Assembly (NCBI GenBank): GCA_050273025.1
Contig: CP158636.1
Span: 7,564,001-7,628,000 of the forward strand
Reading direction: 5' to 3'
Length of the DNA stretch: 64,000 nucleotides
From: Cenococcum geophilum
Taxonomy: Eukaryota
Part shown: positions 53,867 through 64,000 of the stretch, in pieces
Numbering within the stretch: the first letter of the stretch is position 1
Layout: the number at the start of each line of letters is the position of its first letter
The notes under the pieces: model-generated
What the model was told of the DNA's origin: nothing
Seen by the model: only the letters and a program-made list of their open reading frames with translations
Database searches by the model: none
Translations under genes and position numbers: made by a program

Positions 53867-55512
53867 GTAAGTAAACCTATAAATACTAAGATATATAGCT
53901 ACTGCTAACCTTAACCTATTTATTAGTGTAGAGTGTAAGTAGACCTACGAATACTAAGATATATAGCTGCTGCTAACCTTAACCTATTTATTAGTATAGG
54001 GTATAAGTAGACCTATAAATACTAAGATATATAGCTGCTGCTAACCTTAACCTATTTATTAGTATAAGAAGTAAGTAGACCTATAAATACTAAGATATAT
54101 AGCTGCTGCTAACCTTAACCTATTTATTAGTATAGTGTATAAGTAGACCTGCGAATACTAAGATATATAGCTGCTGCTAACCTTAACCTATTTGTTAATG
54201 TAGCTTGTAAGTAGATATACAAATACTAAAATATACAGCTGCTGCTAACCTTAACCTGTTTATTAGTATAGGAAGTAAGTAAATCTATAAATACTAAAAT
54301 GTATAGCTACTACTAACCTTATCCTATTTGTTAGTGTAGTGTATAAGTAGACCTGTAAATACTAAGATATATAGCTGCTGCTAACCTTATCCTATTTATT
54401 AGTATAGAGTATAAGTAGACCTATAAATACTAAGATGTATAGCTACTGCTAATCTTATCCTATTTATTAGTATAGGGTATAAGTAGACCTATAAATACTA
54501 AAATATATAGCTGCTGCTAACCTTATCCTATTTATTAGTGTAGGATATAAATAAACTTATAAATACTAAGATATATAGCTACTACTAACCTTAGCCTGTT
54601 TATTGGTGTAGTTTATAAGTAGACCTATAAATATTAAGATATATAGCTATTGCTAACTTTGTCCTATTTATTAGTATAGAAAGTAAGTAAACCTATAAAT
54701 ACTAAGATATATAGCTGCTGCTAACCTTAACCTATTTATTAGTATAGGAAGTAAGTAGACCTGTAAATACTAAAATATACTACTGCTGCTAACTTTATCC
54801 TATTTATTGGTGTAGGATATAAGTAGGCCTATAAATATTAAGATATATAACTGCTGCTAATATTGACCTATTTATTAGTGTAGTTTATAAATAGACCTAT
54901 AAATACTAAAATATACAGCTGCTGCTAACCTTATTCTATTTATTAGTATAGGATATAAGTAGACTTATAAATACTAAGATATACAGCTACTACTAATCTT
55001 GACCTATTTGTTAGTATAGTTTATAAGTAGGCCTGCAAATACTAAAATGTATAGCTACTACTAACCTTATCCTGTTTATTGGTGTAGCTTATAAATAGAC
55101 CTATAAATACTAAGATGTATAGCTATTACTAACTTTGTCCTATTTATTAGTGTAGAAAGTAAGTAAACCTGCGAATACTAAGATGTACAGCTGCTGCTAA
55201 CCTTATTTTATTTATTAGTGTAGTATATAAGTAGACCTGCAAATACTAAGATATATAGCTACTGCTAACCTTGACCTATTTATTGGTATAGTTTATAAGT
55301 AGACCTATAAATACTAAGATATATAGCTGTTGCTAACCCTGTCCTGTTTATTGGCGTAGTTTATAAGTAGACCTACGAATACTAAGATATATAGCTACTG
55401 TTAACCTTGTTTTATTTATTAGTGTAGTATATAAGTAGACCTGCGAATACTAAGATGTATAACTACTGCTAACTTTGACCTGTTTATTAGTATAGGATAT
55501 AAGTAGACCTAC
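53867..55512 (+). repeat. 68-bp tandem array, 24 full units plus 1 partial; each unit is a 65-nt intron-like sequence plus a variable 3-nt slot
   Basis: Unit: GTAAGT AGACCTGCGAATACTAAGATGTACAGCTGCT GCTAAC CTTGACCTGTTTGTTGGTG TAG NNN, with an exact 68-nt period from 53867 to 55499. Confidence 0.95.
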
Positions 55513-55514
55513 AA

Positions 55515-55745
55515 CATCAGGATTTTTTTTTGGGCACGTTGTCGCAAGCGAAAATCGGGGTCTGCAAAACCTGCGTAAGTCGCGATTTTGGCAATTTGCG
55601 GCGATTTGCAGCAATTTGCCATAAATGTATAAGTAGCCTGTGCAAATTACTGCAAATTGCCACAAATTGCCAAAATCGCGACTTAAGCCAGTTAAGCAGA
55701 CCCTAATTTTTAACTGCTACAACGTGCTTAAAAAAAATCCTAATG
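55515..55745. mobile_element. MITE / fold-back element with long imperfect inverted repeats
   Basis: CATCAGGATTTTTTTTTGGGCACGTTGT...GGGTCTGC...AAGTCGCGATTTTGGCAATTTG is mirrored by CAAATTGCCAAAATCGCGACTT...GCAGACCC...ACAACGTGCTTAAAAAAAATCCTAATG. No clear TSD. Confidence 0.75.
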
Positions 55746-56779
55746 GTAGAGGTTTTTAATATAGAGGCTTTTTATATAGAGGCTTTTAATATAAAGGCTT
55801 TTAGGTTAAACACTTTTAATATAGCTTTTATAGTTCGTAATTAAAGATTATATTAGTCACGAATCTAGTGCATAGTTAGACTGCAGAGCTTTAATGTAAA
55901 GACCTCTGCTTAAGATCTAACGAAGTAGTTAATTATAATTTTAATTAGAAGCATTATATATTAAAAAATTTTAGTTACCTAATAACCAAGTTCCCGTGGC
56001 GCAGTAGTATTAAAGGCAGTAGAATTAAAGTAAGTACCCTACCCTAATTCGATACGATACGCGCGTAGAAAGAAAATATATATAGACGCCAAGACCTCCC
56101 CTTAGAGCCTCCCCTCTGGGGGGGGGTATCCCAGGGAAGGTAGTGTAGGCATAGTAGCAACGTCTCTAACGCGTCATCCTGGCCACGTTATTAATTACCT
56201 AGCTTAGATAATATAAAGGCTAACGAGTGCAAATTACATAGGAACTAAAATTAATCTTTTTTTAATATTATAAAGCTTAATTAGAAACGATTTTTAATGC
56301 AAGAACAGACGTTATATAATACGTTGTCGTAGAGCTGTAATTTTTTGAAGCTGTGGGAACGGGGTAGTTGATTTAGTTAAGGACAACAATCGCGATTACC
56401 CGGCGACAATATAATGGCTCAGCGATAATACAATGGCTTAGTAACGACGTAATAGCTTAGTAATGACGCAATGGCTTAATGACGATGTAATAAGGCTCGG
56501 CACCAAGTATTAGGAGGAAGGAGAGGAATAAGAGGACTTTGGGATTGCTCGGCCGTTATAAGAAAGTGGTAATACTCGCGTAGTATTAAGTTTAAAAATC
56601 CTGTCTTAGGAGCTTAATTAACAGCCCCTACGTAAAACGTCAATAACGTTTAATTTTAAAGACTTAAATTAGTAGATCTTCTAGGAGCACCTATTACGAA
56701 GAGCTCCAAGTACGAGATCTAGAATATTTAGTAGTGGTGTGGGTATAAGGGTGGGTATTAATTCGCGTTTCTAGACGTT

Positions 56780-58550
56780 GTTATATAACGCGATTTTCTG
56801 GTATAAATTACCGAGGTTATCTAAAGATAGATTATTCTTAATAGATTAGTTATAAAGAAAGCGGGTAGCGCTAAAGTCTTACTCTTTTATAATCCGATTA
56901 AACACGTAGTAGTAAAATAAAGAGTGGCGGCCAAATCGTCCATCCTTATACTTGAGTATATACTTGGCGTACGCAACTAGGGTAACCGTACGGCTTTATG
57001 GCGTATTAAAATCGGCCCTACCATAAGGAAATAAAGTAGGAAAGGCACCTTATATGATGTAATTAGCTAATCGCTCCGAGAGAGGTGTTTACCGCATAGT
57101 AGGAACCTCTAAGCCCACCTATAGGTATTACTAATAATAAACTTCGCGACTTAAAAGGTCCAACTTATTAAGATTAGGCACTAGATTGGGAACTAAAGTA
57201 TCTAGTACGTTATTATCAAATTCGCTATTTAATATACTATTACTAAGCCTAACAGGCTAAGGATTAATAGCATAAGTAGGATTACCTATAAAAGCTAAAG
57301 TAGCTTGCGATCTAGGAGGAAGGTAAGCCCTTAGGTTACTAGAGTTAGACTCTAAGTCGTTAATATGGGGCAGCTAATCCAATATAGAGCTATTTTTAGG
57401 TAAGTTGGTAAGCCGGCTACTATATATTTCAACGTCGCGATAATCTGGATAATTAATTTTTAGAAAGTAAAGTCACTACTCTATAGTAGAGCGCCTTATA
57501 GTATACTGCTTATAAAACCGCCAACTTAGGTATTTACTACCCTCTACCGAAGCAGGCCTCACGATTAGTATACTAAGTTTAGTAGGTAACCGTAGTAGTT
57601 GTCTCTAAGTCTTTAGTGTGTTCTGACCAAAGCAGAGACGTGCCTAGTATAGCGATATTACTAGCCGCGTACACGCACGGCTTGCAGATAAACATATACG
57701 CGCGCTATTAGAAGCTCCTCTATAGCGGTAAGTATAAATAAGAAGCTAGGAATAGGCCCTAGATTAAGCTTGTTACTTTTACTAAATAAAGAGGGAAGTG
57801 CTAGATCCTTAAGGCTTCGGCGTCCTTAATATAGGCTTTATATATACTTATACTATCACCCTCTGTGGCTAGGCCTATTTAAAACCACTACTCTTTATAA
57901 CAACTGCATATCTCTATATATTTAGCCTATAGCGTACTCCTAAACTTCTTAATTCGTTCCTAATTAATAGCCAAAATAAGGCGTAGTATAGCCGGTGCCG
58001 GAGCTTACCGCGAAAAAGGTGGTACTGGTATTAGAGTAGGTATTGGCGCTAAAGTAGGTATTAGAGCTAGTTCTAGCAAGGACGCATTTAGGCTCTCTTA
58101 AATGCCCCTTCTACTATATAGAGCTTTATTTGTATATAGCGGAGGAGTCGGCAAGTAAGCTTTATCCTACCAATTAAGAATGCAGTGCCCCCGTTATATT
58201 ATCCTAATTGCCTTCTACCGCTAAGCTATTTTAGGGGTATCTTAACTATTCCGGCCGCGAGGTAAGAAGGCATTCTCGGTATTGGTTTTAAATGGAGCGT
58301 TTTGCTAGCGCTTTGCAGAATAAGTCTTAGTAGTAGAACCTAGCTCTACCTAAGCTTTCCGCTTATTTAAATCATATTTAGAGGCCTAGAAGAGTAAGCA
58401 GAAGTATAATAATATATAGGGAAAACGCGCCTTTAACTAACACAACTGGTAGAGCTTTAAAAGCTTCTTTAAAGGGCCGTCTTTGACAATATTAAGGCGG
58501 GGCTTGCATATATAACACTTACTACATTTAATTATAGTAGGTTCCGCCAC
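56780..58550 (-). pseudogene. DUF6570 / Helitron-Rep-associated N-terminal relic, truncated
   Basis: Minus strand: N-terminal CxxC (KCSKC); LTAIEELLIARVYVYLQAVRVRG**YRYTRHV; FLKINYPDYRDVEI; AFPTLFPYGRADFNTP...YAKYILKYKDGRFGRH.LF.YYVFN. Confidence 0.72.
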
Positions 58551-58789
58551 GTTTACAATATATATAGTAGTATTAATAGAAATATTAATAAAAAGGAACG
58601 GTGTAATATTAAAATATTTTAAGGTTTATTATATGGATTCTGCCATAACTTACTGCGCGCAAGTTTTTTTAAGCCAATTAGAATCCTTGGCAAAGTTTAA
58701 AAATCTAGAGACTACTTATAAACTTAGGTCAATAACTAATATATAGGAAGTGTAACCGTAGGGTTAGGCTAGTAGACCTCTCTTATTAA

Positions 58790-59560
58790 ATACGAAATTG
58801 CCGTATATACTAGGCACACTACCTAGTTCTTTAAGCGGTAAGTTAGTAGACTTTGTTATTAAACATAAAATTGCCGCATATTGCCTAGCATATCGCCCAG
58901 TTCCTTAAGCGGCAAGCTAGCAGACTTCCATTACTAAGCGAGAGATTGCTGTATATTGCCTAGCATATTGCCCAGTTCCTTAAGCGGCAAGCTAGTAGAC
59001 TTTTATTACTAAGCGCGAGATTGCCGCATATTGCCTAGTATATTGCCTAGTTCCTTAAGCGGTAAGCCAGCAGACTTTTATTACTAAGCGAGAGATTGCC
59101 GTATATTGCCTAGTATATTGCCTAGTTCCTTAAGCGGCAAGCTAGTAAACTTCTATTACTAAGCAAGAGATTGCCGTATATTGCCTAGCACATTGCTTAG
59201 TTCCTTAAGTAGTAAGCTAGTAAACTTCTATTACTAAGCGCGAGATTACCGCATATTGCCTAGCACATCGCCCAGTTCCTTAAGCGGCAAGCTAGTAAAC
59301 TTCCATTACTGAGTAAGAGATTGCCGTATATTACCTGGCATATTGCCTAGTTCCTTAAGCGGTAAGCTAGTAGACTTCCATCACTAAGCGCGAAATTGCC
59401 GTATATTGCCTAGCATATCGCCCAGTTCCTTAAGCGGCAAGCCAGCAGACTTCTATTACTAAACATGAAATTGCCGTATATTACTAGGTACATTGCCTAA
59501 TTCTTTAAATTGTAAGCTAGTAGGCGTTGCCTATTAGTAGAGCATTCTAATATATTAGTT
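58790..59560. repeat. 75-bp tandem repeat (about 10 units, degenerate copies to about 60100)
   Basis: TTGCCGCATATTGCCTAGCATATCGCCCAGTTCCTTAAGCGGCAAGCTAGCAGACTTCCATTACTAAGCGCGAGA recurs at 58871, 58946, 59021 and onward. Confidence 0.9.
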
Positions 59561-60129
59561 TATATATTACCTAGTTCCTCCGTTGCAAGCTAGTAGACTT
59601 ATTATACATCGCCTAGTATATTACTTAAGTCCTTAAATAGTAAACTAGTAGGTGTCGCTTATTAATAAAGCATTACGATATATCCGGTCGCTTATTGCCC
59701 AGTTCCTATATAGTAAGCCAGTAGGCATCGCTTATTAATAAAGCACTATAATATATTAGCTCGCACATTGCCCGGTTCCTTAAATAGCAAAATAGTAAAC
59801 TTTTCTTATTAATGAAATAATTGCGGCATATTGCTAATATACTGCCCCATTTCACAAAAAACAATCTAGTATATGCCTTCCATTAACCGTAAGACTGTAG
59901 CACATCGCCAAGAATATTACTTATTCTACTAAAAAAAACCCCAGCATATTTCTTCCATTAGCTATAAAACTGCGGTATACTGCCCACTATATTACCTAAT
60001 TCTTAAAATAACAGCCTAGTATACTTCTTCCACCTAACAAGACTTTACGGCAAATTGCTTAGTATATTGCCCAATTCTGCGCTAAATATATTAGAAATAC
60101 TTCGCTACCACAATCTAGAACATTTCCAT

Positions 60130-62500
60130 TAGTAGCTCCTTTAAACTCCCTAGCTTATTCGTGTCTATATTTAGTATCTCGTCCGCGGCGGCCTTCTTAA
60201 ACTTATACTTATTTAGAATTCCAACCTTAATATAGGAAGCCGTGTTACACAAAATATATGCTTTTATAAGAGGATTTTCTTAGCTAATTCGGTAGATGCG
60301 GTATATAAATTGTTGCTGTTTACTAAAGGACGGATTGAGTTCTATAAGTATAATAAAATGTACCTTATTAAGGGTAATACCCTCTATAATAGCCTTTAGA
60401 GATAACAAAAGAATCTATGGTCCGTTTAGCTGCTTCTACAAGTTATAAATTATGCTGTTTTTTTTCTTCGGTGGTGTTCCTCCAGGGAGATATATAACGG
60501 TATCCTTGCTATATTTAGCAACCAAGGCCTAAAAAAAGTGTTAGCTTAGAGTTCTAGTTAAGTGTGCTACTGTTAAGAGGTAAAAATATTAAGTGTTTTA
60601 TTACTTACTGCTATATATACCGCTCCAATAGTTAGGAAATCAGTGCCAATAACAACCTTGCTATAATACCACCCGACGTTTTTTAATTATATAACTTCTT
60701 TATAGATAACTAAAAGCGCCTTAAACTTTGCGTCGCCGCGAAGAATTTCCTTCTTATTCTTATTTAAGGTGCTTCTAATAGGAGACTTAATTAATTTTGC
60801 GTGAAATTTCGCTTATATATTAATTTTGTCATTGTCTAGCAGATCCTTATTATATCTATCCTTCTATAAAAGTAACCTGGGCGTTATCGCTGCAACACAG
60901 CATGTAAAGTAGGTGCTTAAGGAGGTGCTAGCCATTTGTACTAGTTGTTTCCCCTTAGGAGAACCGTCTTCTTTCCATTTAAACATTTTCTGCTAGAATA
61001 CCTCTTCTATTTCTGATGCCATTGTACCTTCTATGCCCTATAGTAATTCAATTTCTTTAGTTCTATACTTATAGTTTAGGTAATGAGTTTGGAGCTCGCC
61101 TAAAACAACTTTTAATTTTTTTCTATTAAAGCCGATGGTATTTAAGGTACGGCGAATTTTAAAGTTTATAAGTATTTCTTTATTAACCTAAACCGACTCT
61201 TTATATGCCGTAGACTATAAGACCCCTTTAGGGTTACTCTTTCCTTATTTTAAAAAGTCACTTCATAGCTTCGCCATTTTTTTAATTTTAACGGACGTGC
61301 ATTTTTTAAGAATGCTATTACCTTGAGCGGTTACCCAATCTAGATCTGCGAGGCCACTTATAATAAACTAACATATATCTATAACACTATTCTCTATTAG
61401 AGTCCCTAATATAGCCCAGGCAAAGAATCTAAGGTGCCTTAGTATAGTACTTTTATAGTAACAAAGAAATTAGTTAACTGTAGTCTTTTTATTTTTCTCG
61501 TTATAAAACTTATCCTATAAAACCCTACTAAAAACGTGGTTTTAACCGACTGCTAATCTTTTTCTTCTTGCCTACCGCTAGATAAGAAGCGATAGACTCT
61601 TCTAGTGATTATAAAGTTGTTAAGAACACGCTGTTTTAGGCATTTAGATGTCGTAATTATAATAAATCTTACTGCTAAGGCAGCCGGGGTACTAACTAAA
61701 GGATTACCCTTTCTAAGTGGTAGGATACTGTTGGAGAACTAAGGGTAAGGAGTCTTTGCTTTATCTATAAGAGTTTAATTAGCATTTAAAGTATTGTAGG
61801 CAGTCTAGTCTCCCAACGTTCCTATTTCTAGCCACTTATCTAAAGTTGGTCGCTCTATGCCTGGAGAAACATCTACCGTTAAATAGTACATTGCAACTCT
61901 TAGCGGTGCCTACGCTTGCGTTATAAGTGGTAAGTCTTTAAATAATAAGATATAATTATCTCTCTAGGTAGTAATAATATGTGGAACTATAATTACTAGG
62001 CTAGCACTATACTGTTTGCGCATTATAGATATAGTATTATAATTTACGCACGAGCACGGTAGAGGCACTTTATCCTAGCTGGGACACTTAGCGTTATTAG
62101 CTTGGTGGTCCTCTAGTAGATATTAAATAGCATTTCCAGCCGCTTAATTAGTAGCCACTTCGTCCAGGTTTATAGCATAGTGGTAATTAAAAACAATAGT
62201 TAAGTATACGGTTACTATTTTACCAGTCCCTATACCATCTATGAAAACCCTACTATTTAGCTCTATGCGTTCCTGGTGGAATATTTTAGATATACTATGC
62301 AGCTGATACGGGAACGCCCTAAACTTCGGATTTAGACCCTATTTGCGGGGAATGGGGACTATGTTATTCCCTAGAAGGGCCCCCTTAGAAACCCCCTATA
62401 GCTTAGCTAAGCGTTTATACATTTACTGCTCTATTCTCTTAACCTTACCGCCTACTTTTGCTATAGCGGCTTCTTGAAATCTAAAAAAAGCTAACGTTAG
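60130..62500 (-). pseudogene. SNF2-family (SF2) helicase/ATPase relic; N-terminal part probably extends towards the window end
   Basis: Minus strand: AFPYQLHSI (Q motif), VFIDGIGTGK (motif I), VL*DKFYN (=DEFHN), WAILGTLIEN (=SGTPxEN), EGITLNK (motif V) and QQFIYRIYRIS*E (=QxxxRxHRIGQ). Confidence 0.75.
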
Positions 62501-64000
62501 TCTAATTTAAGATATACTTTATATACTTATATGCCCATACCTTTACTTAATACGGTTAGCAGCCTCTGCCTCCCTATTGGCTTCGTTTATTATATCTTTA
62601 AGGGCCTCTTCTTCTAGGTTATTGTCTTCTATAGAAACCTGTATTATATTACCAGTTAGATTATCTGCGGTTATACTTTATAGTTAAGCTAGTTTAGAAT
62701 CTGGAGCGGTTACGCTTTAGGGGACATTATAGTTATCTTCGTTCTCCTTTATACTGTTAGGCCCCCTTATAGGCTAGGTAGCTAGACCGCCGCGGCCGTC
62801 CTTAGTAGCTTACCGTAATCTGCCTTTGGATGCCCTAGTAGGTTACTCCCTTTTGTGACTATGTTTCTTCGGGCTTAATAGACTTAGAATGTTGCTGTAT
62901 GCTAATAAGGTTAATAAAGCATCGCTCCCACTTTCGCCGTTCTTATTAATGAACTTATTATCTAAGTACTCTAAGTACTTACGGGTCTGCTTAGACGTAG
63001 TCTTCCGCCGATTCTTATATGCGGGCTTACTGCGCGAAGACTGGCGAATTTGGGTATTAGTGGTGCTAGGAGGGTTTATGCTCTACTTTCGCGGTACTTA
63101 GTACGGTATTTTTGTAATTAAATGCTCGGCTGTAATTATTAGTATATAAATAGCTAGATGTTATCTAAAGAACTTATAGTCGGTAGTCTTAAGTAGAAAT
63201 TCTACTTTGCTTCTATGGTATAGCATATATTGCTAGAATGCGGCTTATAATGCTCCTTGCTGGGCAATATAAGCTTCCTCTTTGGATTTAATGTTAAGCC
63301 ATATAATTTAACCTTTATTTAAGTTAAAGCCTACTAATACTGCAACCTCTTAAAATAGCGAGAAATGGATTTCTTTAACTGTTAGAGTTTCTGTGTTGGC
63401 TTTTATAATGTTATAGATTATATAAAGCTCTATAGTGTCTTAGGCGGTTAAGTTAATCTATTAAAATTAGAAGGTTATATTTTTAAGCAAAAGCGGCTTA
63501 CCTAATAGTGTAGGACCTAGTGATTCTAAGATTTACTTAGGAGCAAATATAGGTACTAGCGTCACTATAGGTTCTAATTGGGTAGGAGTCTAACTTTTAG
63601 GTTTAGACTTTGCCTTTTTTTGCCGTTTTATGGCATTAGTTTTCTAGGATGTTATTAAAGCAATAATAGCATCCTTAGACTAACTATCTAAAACACCTTC
63701 TACCTTAGGTAAGCTGCTAAGAATCTTTTAAACATACTTATCGCGTAGCAGTTTATCTCCGGCAGTACAAAATATGACTTTCTTAAGCCTAGCCTTTATT
63801 ATACCATCTAAGACTATATTCTTAATTTCCTTAAGGCGACGAGCATTAATATCCTATCCCTTTATAATATTTAAGTCCTTTATAGTAATGCGTGAAGATA
63901 CTAAAATAGAATAAAGGAGTAGAGCGTTACTATATAAGAGCGGAAGAATCTAGTTAGTATTTAGTAAAGGTGTAAGTCTAAAGTAGGTAGGGAAGATAAA

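Larger units (their letters stand above)
25801..64000. other. AT-rich, RIP-mutated repeat compartment
   Basis: Abrupt loss of ORFs, strong visible excess of TpA and depletion of CpA/TpG. Recognisable proteins carry TAA/TAG in place of CAA/CAG/TGG. Confidence 0.93.

Noticed and set aside
53867..55512. CRISPR-like repeat/spacer array
   Set aside because: The variable part is only 3 nt, the constant part is 65 nt with splice signals, there are no cas genes, and the DNA is eukaryotic.
58790..59560. Second intron/micro-exon array in the 75-bp repeat
   Set aside because: GTAAGC occurs only in some units as a RIP product of GCAAGC, there is no consistent branch site, and there is no hypervariable slot.

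Overview
Eukaryotic DNA from a filamentous ascomycete, probably a Dothideomycete (inferred from intron signals, gene content and RIP). The window has two compartments. (1) About 1-25.8 kb is GC-balanced and gene-rich. It holds an LMW-PTP-like gene, a secreted lysozyme-like/LysM gene, a dispersed 5S rRNA, a near-intact piggyBac, bestrophin, an F-box-like gene, NOG1, TIM23 and several non-RIP pseudogenes (URA5, HET, sterol desaturase, SDR). (2) About 25.8-64 kb is AT-rich and RIP-mutated. It holds nested transposons (Fot1/pogo, Ty3/gypsy, full-length Ty1/copia, solo LTR, MITE) and a degraded DUF3435 tyrosine-recombinase 'captain' followed by cargo-like relics (chromodomain, STAND N-terminal domain, DUF6570/Helitron-like, SNF2), i.e. 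a probable dead Starship-type element. Two structures stand out. (a) Two divergent ~1 kb non-coding retroposons, each bounded by a 15-16 bp target-site duplication and starting exactly at an HDV-like self-cleaving ribozyme fold with compensatory base changes. (b) A 24-unit 68-bp tandem array in which every unit reads as a 65-nt spliceosomal intron plus a hypervariable 3-nt micro-exon. Protein calls in the RIP region come from manual translation with mental reversal of C>T/G>A changes, so their boundaries are approximate.
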